DNA from: an uncultured Desulfatitalea sp.
Lineage (GTDB): Bacteria; Desulfobacterota; Desulfobacteria; Desulfobacterales; Desulfosarcinaceae
Direction of reading: 5' to 3'
NCBI GenBank assembly: GCA_963668675.2
Contig: CAXXMB010000002.1
Coordinates: forward strand, 2,528,001 to 2,592,000
DNA: 64,000 bases
Part shown: one piece after another, positions 19,832 through 30,215 of the stretch
Layout: each line of letters begins with the position of its first letter
How positions within the stretch are numbered: position 1 is the stretch's first letter
Position numbers and translations under genes: made by a program
Notes under the pieces: generated by a model
What the model was told of the DNA's origin: nothing
Database searches by the model: none
Seen by the model: only the letters and a program-made list of their open reading frames with translations

Positions 19832-21451
19832 ATGGATACCCGTACTTTAGAGGATCGTATGATGTGGACCCGGATGAAACCCTATCGCAGTCATCTTTTG
19901 ATGGCGCTGTTGAGCGGCATCCTGCTCACCCTGGCCTTTCCCAAGATCGATCATGGCTGGGTGGCCTGGTGTGCCCTGGTGCCATTGCTGCTGGTGCTGC
20001 GATCCGTTGGGCCGCGTGTGGGGTTTCTGCTCGGTTTTGCCTGCGGCATGGCACACTACTGCGGGTTGATCTACTGGACCGCTTATACCATGCATGTTTA
20101 CGGAAAATTGCCATGGATCCAGTCGGTTATGGTGCTGATGCTGTTTGCCACCGTCCTCTCCGCCTATATTGGACTATTTGCTTTGGCGGTATGCGCATTG
20201 GCACGCCGGCCCGGTCAATTGGTTGCCGTGGCGCCTGCCGCCTGGGTGCTGGTCGAGTGGCTGCGCGGCTGGCTCTTCACCGGTTTTCCGTGGGAGCTGC
20301 TGGGATATAGTCAGTACGACCGCCTGTGGGTCATCCAGCAGGCCGATCTGTTTGGGGTCTACGGTGTCTCCGCTCTGATCGTTCTGTTTAATGCGCTGTT
20401 GACGCTGGCGCTTCTCTATTGGGCCGAAAAACCTTGGCGGGACCTTTCGGTGCAACGTGGCTTGGTGGTGCGCGGCGGGGTAATCGTCGGTGGATTGCTT
20501 GTCCTGACAGCCACTTACGGTATCTACCGCATCAACGCCATTGACGACCAGGCGGCCCGGGCCGATCGTGCCGAGGTGGCTGTGGTTCAGGGCAACATCG
20601 ACCAGGCCGTTAAGTGGGATGCCAGTTTTCAAATGCTCACCACGGCCAAGTACAAGGATCTCTCAACGAAAGCGGTCGAACAGGGTGCCGATCTGGTGAT
20701 CTGGCCGGAGACGGCGACCCCGTTCTACCTCTTTCACGACAAACTGCTGACCAAGATGGTCATGCAGGGGATCCGGGACAGTCGGATCGATTTCATCATT
20801 GGCAGCCCCAACGTCGATTTAAGTGCCAAGGCGCCCGCCTATTTCAACAGCGCCTACCTGATCAACGCCGATGGGGAGGTGGGGGGGAAATACGACAAGG
20901 TCCATCTGGTGCCGTTCGGCGAGTATGTGCCCCTTGAGCGCTGGCTGCCCTTCATCGACAAGATGGTCGCCCAGGTAGGGGATTTCAAGGCCGGCCACCA
21001 GGGCAATACCCTGATGTGGAAAGAGCACCCCGTGGGGATGTTGATCTGCTATGAGGCTATCTTTCCTGAATTGGCCCGTGCCATGGCCTGCAACCGGGCC
21101 CAGTTGCTGGTCAACATTACCAACGACGCCTGGTTCGGACGCACCAGCGCCGCCTACCAGCACTTCTCCATGGCCGTTTTTCGAAGCGTTGAGAATCGGC
21201 GCTTTTTCGCCAGGGCTGCCAACACGGGCATCAGTGGTTTTATCGATCCCAACGGGCGGGTTCTGGCCGCCACGGATCTTTACACGGATGCCGTGCTATC
21301 CGCCCCGGTGGCTTTCCTGAGCGATCTGACCCTCTACAGCCGATGGGGGGACTATCCCCTTGTCCTGATTTGCCTCATCATTATTGCTTTCTTCGGCGGC
21401 GCCCGCTGGTTGAAGCGCGGTGCGAGCAGGCGCGACCGTTTCTCCCGGTGA
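19832..21451 (+). CDS. lnt: Apolipoprotein N-acyltransferase
   Basis: Multi-TM N-terminus; GFPW, WPE, KVHLVPFGEY, ICYE, TNDAWFG; start 19832 or 19859. Confidence 0.95.
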   Translation: MDTRTLEDRMMWTRMKPYRSHLLMALLSGILLTLAFPKIDHGWVAWCALVPLLLVLRSVGPRVGFLLGFACGMAHYCGLIYWTAYTMHVYGKLPWIQSVMVLMLFATVLSAYIGLFALAVCALARRPGQLVAVAPAAWVLVEWLRGWLFTGFPWELLGYSQYDRLWVIQQADLFGVYGVSALIVLFNALLTLALLYWAEKPWRDLSVQRGLVVRGGVIVGGLLVLTATYGIYRINAIDDQAARADRAEVAVVQGNIDQAVKWDASFQMLTTAKYKDLSTKAVEQGADLVIWPETATPFYLFHDKLLTKMVMQGIRDSRIDFIIGSPNVDLSAKAPAYFNSAYLINADGEVGGKYDKVHLVPFGEYVPLERWLPFIDKMVAQVGDFKAGHQGNTLMWKEHPVGMLICYEAIFPELARAMACNRAQLLVNITNDAWFGRTSAAYQHFSMAVFRSVENRRFFARAANTGISGFIDPNGRVLAATDLYTDAVLSAPVAFLSDLTLYSRWGDYPLVLICLIIIAFFGGARWLKRGASRRDRFSR

Positions 21452-21548
21452 ACCGGCTCCCGTTGATTCGTTGATATCCAGCCCGTTGATTCATTGACAT
21501 CCAGATAGATCGATATTAATTAAGTCTAACCAAACAGGAGGTGCTGCC

Positions 21549-22647
21549 ATGTCTTCAGAAGTTAAACAAACCCTTAAATCCCTTCGTGAAAAATTGACCC
21601 ACCTGGGAGACTGTCTTTGACCTGGCCGGCAAACGTAACCGCCTGGAAGAGTTAGAAACCATTGTTGCCAAGAGCGGATTTTGGGACAATCCCGAAGCCG
21701 CTAAACCGATGCTCAAAGAGCGCACTTTTCTCACCGGACGCATTGAGGCCTACCAGACCCTGCTCACCGAGATCGATGACAACGATCTGCTCCTCGATAT
21801 GGCCCTGGAGGAGGAGGATGACCAGACCCTGGCCGAGGTCGAGGTCCAGGTCGATTCCCTTGACCGGCGCATGCACGCCTTCTCCCTCGACATGATGTTG
21901 GATGGAGAGCAGGACCCCAACAATGCCATCGTCAGCATCAACGCCGGCGCGGGAGGGACGGATGCCCAGGATTGGGCCGAGATGATGTTTCGCATGTACC
22001 TGCGCTGGGCCGAGCAGCGGCAATACAAGGTGGAGACGATCGATTTTCAGCCCGGTGACGAGGCTGGCATCAAAAGCACCACCTTTACGGTCAAGGGGCA
22101 GTACGCTTACGGGTATCTCAAGAGCGAGATCGGTGTGCACCGGCTGGTGCGCATCTCGCCGTTCAATGCCAGCGGCAAGCGGCAGACCTCCTTTGCCTCG
22201 GTCTTTGTCTATCCCGAGGTGGACAGCGAAATCGTGATCCAGGTCGAAGAGAAGGACCTGCGCATCGATACCTATCGTGCCAGCGGCGCAGGCGGCCAGC
22301 ATGTTAACAAGACCTCCAGTGCCGTGCGCATCACCCACCTGCCCACGGGGATCGTTGTGCAGTGCCAGCAGGAGAAGTCCCAGCACCGCAACAAGGAGAT
22401 GGCCATGAAGGTGCTGCGCTCGCGGCTGTATCAGCACGAGAAAGAGAAGCAGGACGCAGAGCTTCAGCAGATGCATGAGACCAAGGATGAGATCGCCTGG
22501 GGCAACCAGATCCGCTCGTACGTGCTGCATCCCTATCAGATGGTGAAGGATCACCGCACCAATATGGAGATCGGCAATATAAGCAGCGTGCTCGACGGCC
22601 AATTGGACGCCCTGATCGAGGGGGTTTTGCTGGCAGGGATAGAATAG
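21549..22647 (+). CDS. prfB: Peptide chain release factor 2 (programmed +1 frameshift)
   Basis: ATG 21549 after AGGAGG; in-frame CTT-TGA-C at 21615-21621 preceded by GGGAG; +1 frame joins the ORF carrying SPF and GGQ motifs. Confidence 0.96.
21605..21621 (+). promoter_or_regulatory. prfB +1 ribosomal frameshift site
   Basis: gggagactgtCTTTGAC: internal SD plus slippery CUU-UGA. Confidence 0.93.
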
Positions 22648-22653
22648 CAACAG

Positions 22654-23268
22654 ATGAAAGTAGATGCCGAAGCCATTATTTTCGAGTATTACCAGCGCGG
22701 ATCGGCGCTTGCCGATCTGCTGCTGGACCACAGCCGCAGAGTGAGGGACAAGGCGCTTGCAGTGGCCGACGGACTGCTTGGCGAACCGGTCGATCTCGAT
22801 TTCATTGCCGCCGCCGCCATGCTGCACGATATTGGTATCATCGGGACCGCCGCCCCTTCGATTCACTGTCATGGATCCCACCCCTATGTCTGCCACGGTA
22901 TCATTGGACGCCGTATGCTTGAGGCGCATCGTCTGGAGCGGTTGGGGCCGATTTGTGAACGGCATATCGGAACGGGGATCACCATCGTCGATATTCAACG
23001 TCAGAATCTACCCCTGCCGTTGCGGGATATGGTCCCGATTCGACTGGAAGAGATCATTGTGTGCTACGCCGATAAGTTCTTTTCCAAGAGCGGTGGAGGC
23101 TGCGAGCTTCATCCGGAAGAGGTGGTCGCCCAATTGGTACGTTACGGTCCGGAGAAGGCGGCCACCTTCAAAGCGTGGCACAACAGGTTCTTTCACCAGC
23201 CCGATTCGGAAAATGGGGGCCACGCCGACGGAGCCTTACAGATGACCGCTACAGGGAGGATCCCATGA
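22654..23268 (+). CDS. HD/HDIG-domain phosphohydrolase
   Basis: HS..V, MLHDIG, HG, ERH, YADKF. Confidence 0.85.
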   Translation: MKVDAEAIIFEYYQRGSALADLLLDHSRRVRDKALAVADGLLGEPVDLDFIAAAAMLHDIGIIGTAAPSIHCHGSHPYVCHGIIGRRMLEAHRLERLGPICERHIGTGITIVDIQRQNLPLPLRDMVPIRLEEIIVCYADKFFSKSGGGCELHPEEVVAQLVRYGPEKAATFKAWHNRFFHQPDSENGGHADGALQMTATGRIP

Positions 23269-24104
23269 CCCGTCGACAGTTGGACGCCGAAGGCGCCCGG
23301 ACACTGCCCGTGGCTCTGACCATTGCCGGTTCGGACAGCTCCGGAGGGGCCGGGGTGCAGGCTGATCTGAAGACCTTCCAGGCCCTTGGCGTTTTCGGTA
23401 TGAGCGCCATCACCGCAGTGACAGTCCAGAACACCCGCAAAGTGTACGCGGTGGAGAATATATCCCCGCAGATCGTATATGAACAGATCACCTGCCTCTT
23501 CGACGATATCGATATCCACGCCGTCAAAATCGGTATGGTGTCCAGTGTGGCCCTCATCGAGGCGATAGCCGCGGCCCTTGCTGAAGTCGAGCGACCTCCG
23601 GTCGTACTCGATCCGGTGATGATCTCCAAAAGCGGTTACGCCCTGCTCGACCCGGATGCCCAACAGGCGCTGAAGACACACCTCTTTCCCCTTGCGGATG
23701 TGGTGACCCCCAATATCCATGAGGCCGAGGTACTGGTAGGTGCAGCGATCGAGACAGAGGCGCAGATGCAGGCGGCGGCCGAGCAGATTAAGGGCTTTGG
23801 TCCGGCCAAGGTGGTGGTCAAGGGGGGGCATCTCAGCGGTGCGCAGGCCACGGATGTGGTTTTCGACGGCACCCATCACCGTGCATTGACCACCGACCGT
23901 CTTTCAACCACCAACACCCATGGTACGGGATGCACCTTTTCGTCGGCTATTGCCGCTTACCTGGCCAAGGGCGAGGCTTTTTTCGATGCGGTGGGCAAGG
24001 CCAAAACGTATGTCACGGGGGCAATCGCCCACTCTCTGGCCATCGGAAGAGGGCATGGCCCAACACACCATTTTTTCGATCTCTATCGACGGGCCGGTTT
24101 TTGA
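23265..24104 (+). CDS. thiD: Hydroxymethylpyrimidine/phosphomethylpyrimidine kinase
   Basis: [37 protein letters not shown] before ATG 23265. Confidence 0.95.
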   Translation: MTRRQLDAEGARTLPVALTIAGSDSSGGAGVQADLKTFQALGVFGMSAITAVTVQNTRKVYAVENISPQIVYEQITCLFDDIDIHAVKIGMVSSVALIEAIAAALAEVERPPVVLDPVMISKSGYALLDPDAQQALKTHLFPLADVVTPNIHEAEVLVGAAIETEAQMQAAAEQIKGFGPAKVVVKGGHLSGAQATDVVFDGTHHRALTTDRLSTTNTHGTGCTFSSAIAAYLAKGEAFFDAVGKAKTYVTGAIAHSLAIGRGHGPTHHFFDLYRRAGF

Positions 24105-24132
24105 GGGGATCGTGATATCGCAGGCGTTGTGA

Positions 24133-24561
24133 TTATCCTTTGCGACGCTTGCCATTTCTATCCCAGAAGATTTCGCCTTTCGCTCCGCCGCGATAACCAT
24201 CGACAAAATGAATTCGGGACTTGAGCTGGCCGTTATCGTAGTAGCGGGTGACCACGCCATTGAGAATGCCCTCTTCATAAGGCTCGACACTCTCGATTTT
24301 ACCATTGGGGAAATAGTAGAAACTTCTTCCGTTCAACATTCCGTTTTTATACTCTTTTTTAAAACTGACGGTATTTCGACGGTAAGCCTCGCCATGGCTT
24401 TTTCCGGTGACCACACCACTGAACGGATGATCTTTGCCGATCTGATAGACCTTTCCATTGCGTTGCATCGTCTGTGATATGTCAATCTCATTGGTGCAGG
24501 CCGTGAACATTGCTCCCACCATAAGGAGTATCAGCCATCGGGCGGTGATGTTGAGTCGCAT
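24133..24561 (-). CDS. MORN-variant repeat lipoprotein
   Basis: FTAC lipobox; repeats YYFPNGKIES / YYDNGQLKS. Confidence 0.7.
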   Translation of the reverse strand: MRLNITARWLILLMVGAMFTACTNEIDISQTMQRNGKVYQIGKDHPFSGVVTGKSHGEAYRRNTVSFKKEYKNGMLNGRSFYYFPNGKIESVEPYEEGILNGVVTRYYDNGQLKSRIHFVDGYRGGAKGEIFWDRNGKRRKG

Positions 24562-24846
24562 TGATTTTCCCTTGATCAAACGTCCGGCACAAGCCCCGAC
24601 ACTGCCGGTTCGGCATTTGGTTCCATTTTTGGGTATCGGTATCTTGACGGGAAACCTTAAGTCCATCGGTGGGCGGCCCGGGCCCTCATTCTTCTGAACA
24701 GAAACGGATTGAAGAGATGGAAAAATTCCTTGATGATGGGCCATTGGGATGTGTATAACCCCTCACCAGTAGCCCCACACCATTGCTTTGACCGGTAGAT
24801 CGTTCTCTTTGACCATGGGTGGGATGGATAGCCAAAGGAGTGGCCG

Positions 24847-25707
24847 ATGCCCCCCAAAAAAATCGGATTGGTGGTCAAGCCCGATGACAAGGCGCGGCGA
24901 CATGCCGATGCACTGGATGCGTGGCTTGTGGAGAAGGGTTGCCAGGTCGTACGCATGGCCAGCGATGCGACCTCCCCGTCGGCGCCGGACCCAAGTCCGG
25001 CACAGCCACCGACAGATCTGTTTTGTGCGGTCGTTTTGGGTGGAGACGGCACCTTTCTCAGCGCGGTTCGCTGGCTGGGCGACCATCAGGTGCCGATCCT
25101 GGGCATCAAATTCGGTGAGGTCGGCTTTCTGGCCGAAGCAGCCGAAGAGCAGATCTATTCGGTTGCGGCGACGATACTCGAAGGCCGGTTTACCACCTGG
25201 CAGCGGATGCGACTCAATGTCGAGGTGTGGCAGGACCAGGAGCGACTGGCATATGAGACGGTGCTCAACGATGTGGTCATCAACAAGGGCGCCCTTGCCC
25301 GGCTGGCCCTGATCACCGTCAAGGTGAACGACCGATACCTGACCGACTACCGTGCCGACGGATTGATTCTGGCCACCCCAACCGGCTCGACGGCATACTC
25401 CCTGGCCGCTGGAGGACCAGTCATGCACCCGACCGTCCCGGGGATCCTCATCACTCCCATTTGTCCTTTTACCCTGACCAACCGGCCGCTGATCGTCGCC
25501 GACAGCAGCCGGATCGAACTCCGATTGGCCGAAAAAGCCTCCGATATCATGCTCACCTTCGACGGCCAGGTGGGGCTGCCCATCGACGAGCACCATACCA
25601 TTGTCATCAGCAAGGCCGATTCGCCCGTTCAGTTGATCACACTGCCCGGACGCAGCTTTTTCGATGTTTTGAGAACGAAGCTGAGATGGAGCGGGAGCAG
25701 GACATGA
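24847..25707 (+). CDS. nadK: NAD+ kinase
   Basis: [31 protein letters not shown]. Confidence 0.95.
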   Translation: MPPKKIGLVVKPDDKARRHADALDAWLVEKGCQVVRMASDATSPSAPDPSPAQPPTDLFCAVVLGGDGTFLSAVRWLGDHQVPILGIKFGEVGFLAEAAEEQIYSVAATILEGRFTTWQRMRLNVEVWQDQERLAYETVLNDVVINKGALARLALITVKVNDRYLTDYRADGLILATPTGSTAYSLAAGGPVMHPTVPGILITPICPFTLTNRPLIVADSSRIELRLAEKASDIMLTFDGQVGLPIDEHHTIVISKADSPVQLITLPGRSFFDVLRTKLRWSGSRT

Positions 25708-25710
25708 TTT

Positions 25711-26751
25711 TTACGGCCTCGCCCCTGCATCGGTGGGTTGCGGCACCGGATCGGGCGGCAGATTGCCGCGAATGAACACACTCTTCTGAAGGGACTCCAC
25801 GACGCGATCGACCTCTTCGACGCCCTGGCGGATCTCCAATATCCCCTCCTTGAAAGAGGTTGTGATCTCGGGCACCTGATGACTGCCCTTTTTGATGTTC
25901 TCCATGATCGTCTGGAGGTCACCGGCCGACCTGCGGATCTCCTCCAGAATTCCCTTGGCCTGCTCCACCCCCTCGTTGATGGCGCCGCCGGTTTCGCGAA
26001 AGACTGTCAGGTTTTCGTTGACCAACAGCATGGTGTCCGGGGCGCTGGCTGCGGCCCGATCGATATTCTCCAGGATGTGGCTCATCTTCTCCATGTTGTC
26101 GACAATCTTCTGCAGCAGGTCATCGGATTTCAGCATCAGGCCCATGGGACCTTTTCCGGCCTCAAGGTCCGTCGTTATTTTTTGGATGTCACGGCTGACC
26201 CGCTCGATGTTGTTGAGCGACACGAGCAGGGGGCCTTCGGGGTTGCTCAAATTTTCGCTGATGATAGAGATGTCCTGGATCGCTTTAACCACCATCTTGG
26301 CCGTTTTTTCGACCTCGAATTCGGTCAGGATGTCATCGATGGATCTCTTCTCGCGTGACGGAATGTTGCCGCTGTGGGCAATGGCTGGCGCATCGGTCGA
26401 ACCCGGGATGATGGCGATATATTCAGACCCGATCAGGGTGGGGCTTTCGACCACTGCCACGGCGTTTTGGCGGATGCGCGAGGTGTACTTCTCCCGAATG
26501 GCCAGTTTGACCAGGACGCGATTCTTCTCCAGGGTGATATCGTCTACTTTGCCAATGTCGGCCCTGAAGAGCTTTACGGCGGCATTCTCTTGAAGGTTAT
26601 AGGTTTCGTTAAAAGAGGTGTAGTAAGTGACGTAGGTTTCAAACCAATCTTTGCCGCGACCGATCATCACCATCATCGCCATCAACAACAGGAACACCCC
26701 CACCACGAAAGTGCCCACGATCTTCTCTATTCTGGAAAATTCCATCTCCAT
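25711..26751 (-). CDS. MlaD/MCE family protein
   Basis: N-terminal TM, MCE domain (IGKV, LIGSEYI), long helical tail. Confidence 0.85.
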   Translation of the reverse strand: MEMEFSRIEKIVGTFVVGVFLLLMAMMVMIGRGKDWFETYVTYYTSFNETYNLQENAAVKLFRADIGKVDDITLEKNRVLVKLAIREKYTSRIRQNAVAVVESPTLIGSEYIAIIPGSTDAPAIAHSGNIPSREKRSIDDILTEFEVEKTAKMVVKAIQDISIISENLSNPEGPLLVSLNNIERVSRDIQKITTDLEAGKGPMGLMLKSDDLLQKIVDNMEKMSHILENIDRAAASAPDTMLLVNENLTVFRETGGAINEGVEQAKGILEEIRRSAGDLQTIMENIKKGSHQVPEITTSFKEGILEIRQGVEEVDRVVESLQKSVFIRGNLPPDPVPQPTDAGARP

Positions 26752-26830
26752 GAGCGTTTATCTTCTCCCACTGGCAAAGACGCCGTGGCAAAACGATGAC
26801 GCGATACAGCGTCACCTGCCGGGGCGGCCC

Positions 26831-27499
26831 TTACACCATGGCGGTCAGAGATCCATTGTTGATCATCACTTTTCGATTGGCGAAGCGTTCTACCAGCCGT
26901 TGATCGTAGGAGAGAAAGACGATCGGCAGGCGTGCGGCGATCAATCGGTTGAAAAGGGTGACCAGGAGGTCGAATTTGGCGTGCCCGATGAAATCCTCGG
27001 GCTGGGAAAGCAGCATCACATCCGCTCTCTTCGTCAATTCACGGATAACGATGGCCGCCTGGATCTCCATGGTGTTGAGTTCGGATGGCCGTTTGTCAAG
27101 CTTCTCCATGAGGTCGAAATCGCTGCACAGGGAGAGGGCCTCGGGCTCGAGACCGATGTCCAGCCGGTTTTCGTAGTAGTAGCGCTGCAGCAGCAGATTT
27201 TGTCGTAAACTCATATTGCTGATAAGGGCTGCATCACGTGCCACATAGCCGATCTTTTTCTTGCATTCCAGCATCTTATCATATCTTTTCAGATCGTGGG
27301 GCTGCCCTTTGAAAATGTAGGTGCCTTTCAGCGGGTGAACCAGGGTGGCCAGAGCCCTTAGAAACAGTTGGGCATCGTCCGGGTTGCCGCTATCAATGGC
27401 GCACACATCGCCCTTGTCGAGGCTGAAGGAGAAGCCGCTGAGACCGTCACCCGATCCTTGTGCCGCCAGGGTGTAGTTTTTTAGCTGCAAAAGGGACAT
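26831..27499 (-). CDS. ABC ATP-binding-fold protein with degenerate motifs
   Basis: ABC layout (FSLDKGDV, KIGYV, LISNMSLRQNL) but Walker A, signature and Walker B are not conserved. Confidence 0.7.
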   Translation of the reverse strand: MSLLQLKNYTLAAQGSGDGLSGFSFSLDKGDVCAIDSGNPDDAQLFLRALATLVHPLKGTYIFKGQPHDLKRYDKMLECKKKIGYVARDAALISNMSLRQNLLLQRYYYENRLDIGLEPEALSLCSDFDLMEKLDKRPSELNTMEIQAAIVIRELTKRADVMLLSQPEDFIGHAKFDLLVTLFNRLIAARLPIVFLSYDQRLVERFANRKVMINNGSLTAMV

Positions 27500-27517
27500 G
27501 GCTCAAAAGATACTCGA

Positions 27518-28294
27518 TTACAGATAAAAAGATAATGAAATCAGAACATTGATAACCAGGCAATAGAGGAAACCTTCCACGGCCGAACGCGATGTGGCCA
27601 CCGGAACCTCCGTGATCTGGCGCTTCATCTCAAATCCACGATACAAGCTGGTCACGGTTATGGCAACGCCAAACACCACCGCCTTCAGCAGCCCGACCCC
27701 GATATCCGCTGGTTTGATGGCCTTTGCGATCTGGAACAAAAAGTTGCTCATGGGGATATCGGTCACCATCCAGACGATGGCATAGCCGCCCAGGATCGAT
27801 ACCAGATCGAACACCACAAAGAGCCCCACCATGGCCGAGGTGATTCCGACCAGGCGCGGCAGGCACACCACGCGGATCGGATCCAACCCGGCCATCTCCA
27901 TGGCGTCCAGTTCGTTCAGGACACGCATGTAGCTGATTTCGATGGTAACCGCCGTCGATGAGCGTAGCAGCACCAACAGGGCAGTGATAATCGGTCCGAT
28001 TTCCCGGACGATGAGCAATACCGATATGCGGCCGAAGTCATACTGTCCGGATAATTTAGCGAATTGAATGATTACCATGCTACCGACCAGCAGGGCGATG
28101 GGCATGAGGATCGGCAGCGCCTCGACGGCGGTAAAATAGAGCTGCTGGATGATGATGCGCCAGACCAGGGCACGGCCCTCTTCGGGGCGGTGGCGAACTT
28201 GGGCAAAGATGCGGTAGAGGAATGCAAAGAGATCCAGCAGATGGGTGATGGAGTCGATGGCCTTGCGACCAATATAACCGATAATCCTTATCAT
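27518..28294 (-). CDS. MlaE family ABC permease
   Basis: REIGPIITALL, ELDAMEMAGLDP, PRL, EVPVAT. Confidence 0.88.
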   Translation of the reverse strand: MIRIIGYIGRKAIDSITHLLDLFAFLYRIFAQVRHRPEEGRALVWRIIIQQLYFTAVEALPILMPIALLVGSMVIIQFAKLSGQYDFGRISVLLIVREIGPIITALLVLLRSSTAVTIEISYMRVLNELDAMEMAGLDPIRVVCLPRLVGITSAMVGLFVVFDLVSILGGYAIVWMVTDIPMSNFLFQIAKAIKPADIGVGLLKAVVFGVAITVTSLYRGFEMKRQITEVPVATSRSAVEGFLYCLVINVLISLSFYL

Positions 28295-28412
28295 GCCTGG
28301 TCTTTGGCGCTGTCCCCTCTCGCTGAGGATTGGTTGACTTCCTAAGAGTCATACAATATATTGCATAATACGGTCAATCAGTTTGGATAACTACCTAAAA
28401 ATAGTGATTATA

Positions 28413-29303
28413 ATGCGTCTCCGGTTTCTGCTGAGTTGTTGCTGTCTTCTGTTTGCCTGCCCCTTGGTTGGCCATGCCGAACCCTTACAAGAGCTTATCG
28501 AAACCCTCCCCAATGGCTGCATCAATTGGACCAAGGGACTTCTTGAGGCCAAAGGAAGTTCGCCATCCGGTAGCCTGCCGGATGCCGGGAGCCGGTCCGA
28601 GGAACAGATGGTCCGGCAGGCCCGCCAGGAGGCGGCCAAACATATGCTGCAAACCATGCATCAGGTGCGTATGGATGGTACCCGTTATATATCCCACATG
28701 ATGTCGTTGGATTACCAGGTGGGGGCCAAGGGGGATGAGATGGCGGCGGCTGCGCCGGTTGTGGCAAAGCACCTTAAGGTGGACGGAAAGATGGAGGTCA
28801 CGGTTCAGATGGCCTTGCTCGGGCCTCTGGCGCAGTTGGTGTTACCGGAGTCGATCAAGCAGGTGGACACCATCAAATCGATCAATTCGGTCGCTGACGA
28901 GACAGAGGATGAGGCGACGTCTGAGGTGATCGGGCGCCAGGCGTCGACGGATCGGTCAAATGCCTATACCGGATTGATTGTGGATGCCCGCGGCACCGGG
29001 GCAAAGCCGGCCATGGTGCCTCTGCTGGTTGATGAGAGCGGCAAAGAGGTGTATGGATCGGTCTTTGTCAGTCGGGAATATGCCGTTCAGCAGGGGGTGT
29101 GCATGTATGCCAGCGCCTTGGCGCATCCGGAGCAGCATCCCCGGGTGGGGCCGAATCCGCTGGTGGTAAAGGGGTTGCGGACATTTGTTGATCGCAACTG
29201 TGATATCGTGATCAGCAACGCCGATGCTGCCAAACTGATGGATGTGTCGGCCAATTTGGGCTTTTTAAAACAGTGCAGGGTGATGATCATTCTTGACCCC
29301 TAG
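28413..29303 (+). CDS. Conserved hypothetical exported protein
   Basis: Signal peptide; INWT.G and YTGLIVDARG...EVYG segments. Confidence 0.7.
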   Translation: MRLRFLLSCCCLLFACPLVGHAEPLQELIETLPNGCINWTKGLLEAKGSSPSGSLPDAGSRSEEQMVRQARQEAAKHMLQTMHQVRMDGTRYISHMMSLDYQVGAKGDEMAAAAPVVAKHLKVDGKMEVTVQMALLGPLAQLVLPESIKQVDTIKSINSVADETEDEATSEVIGRQASTDRSNAYTGLIVDARGTGAKPAMVPLLVDESGKEVYGSVFVSREYAVQQGVCMYASALAHPEQHPRVGPNPLVVKGLRTFVDRNCDIVISNADAAKLMDVSANLGFLKQCRVMIILDP

Positions 29304-29328
29304 CGGTTCGAGGTTTCGAGGTGGCACT

Positions 29329-29685
29329 ATGTTGAAGGGAATGCTGGTCGGGTTGGTGACCGTTTTGGTTCTGGTTGCCTGTGGCCCGGATACCATTTTT
29401 TTACGCCAGGGGTTTGATACGCCGGCACATCATGTTTCAAACGGCAATGCGCTGCTCGAAAGGAACAAATTCGTAGATGCCTGCCGTGAATTCGAACGGG
29501 CAAAAGAGCTGGACCCGGAGTATGCAGAAGCTTATGTTGGCTTGGGCATCGCCTATGCCAACCGCGGTGACCTTGAAAAGGGACTGGAGATGATGAAGAT
29601 GGCCGATGCTATGGCCAGCAGCCAAGAAGAGCGTTTCAGCGTGCAGAGAGGGTTTGACCAATTGAACCGGATCAGGCAGAAGTAG
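29329..29685 (+). CDS. TPR lipoprotein
   Basis: LVAC lipobox; ELDPEYAEAYVGLG TPR pattern. Confidence 0.78.
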   Translation: MLKGMLVGLVTVLVLVACGPDTIFLRQGFDTPAHHVSNGNALLERNKFVDACREFERAKELDPEYAEAYVGLGIAYANRGDLEKGLEMMKMADAMASSQEERFSVQRGFDQLNRIRQK

Positions 29686-29984
29686 ATATTGTCAATCACC
29701 ATCTGTTTTAGCGTATATAGCTTCATCCGCAAACCTACCCCTCGGCAGCCCGATGCATGCCAGCTATGCCATTAGCAGCCATACGTCTGAATCAAAGAAG
29801 TTCATTCTGAATCCTTTCCCAAGCCTCTGTCAACGGTTTCCCATTGGACACTTCGCAAGCCTTTTCCAACTGAAACAGACCCTGTCCCAGAGATGTTAGC
29901 AAAATATTAGGCGTCAGATAGAGTTGTGTTTCCGTTGCCCCCGTTTTCCCGAAAGGAATTGGTCGCCGACCAGGGGAAACCCCG

Positions 29985-30023
29985 CTAACACAAATCTAAC
30001 AAGATGCAAACAATTTCCAAACA
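29985..30023 (+). promoter_or_regulatory. Pho-box-like 11-bp-period direct repeats
   Basis: CTAACA (29985, 29996) and CAAACA (30007, 30018) upstream of pstC. Confidence 0.65.
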
Positions 30024-30215
30024 GGCCGGGATTAGCTTTGCGACGTTGCTATTGAGGGCAACGAAATGGTTGTGCACAGGTTGGTAAGCGTTGCTTCATC
30101 TTCTTATAATAATGATGATCAGGATCAAAATGGACCTCAGAAGAGACCCTGCCCGGCATGCATCGAAGCGTCGCCGTTGGCTTGAAACACCCGGATCAAT
30201 ACAGGAGCGCCCCCT

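Noticed and set aside
21459..21503. Imperfect 23-bp tandem repeat between lnt and prfB
   Set aside because: Only two copies and no functional clue; probably a local duplication
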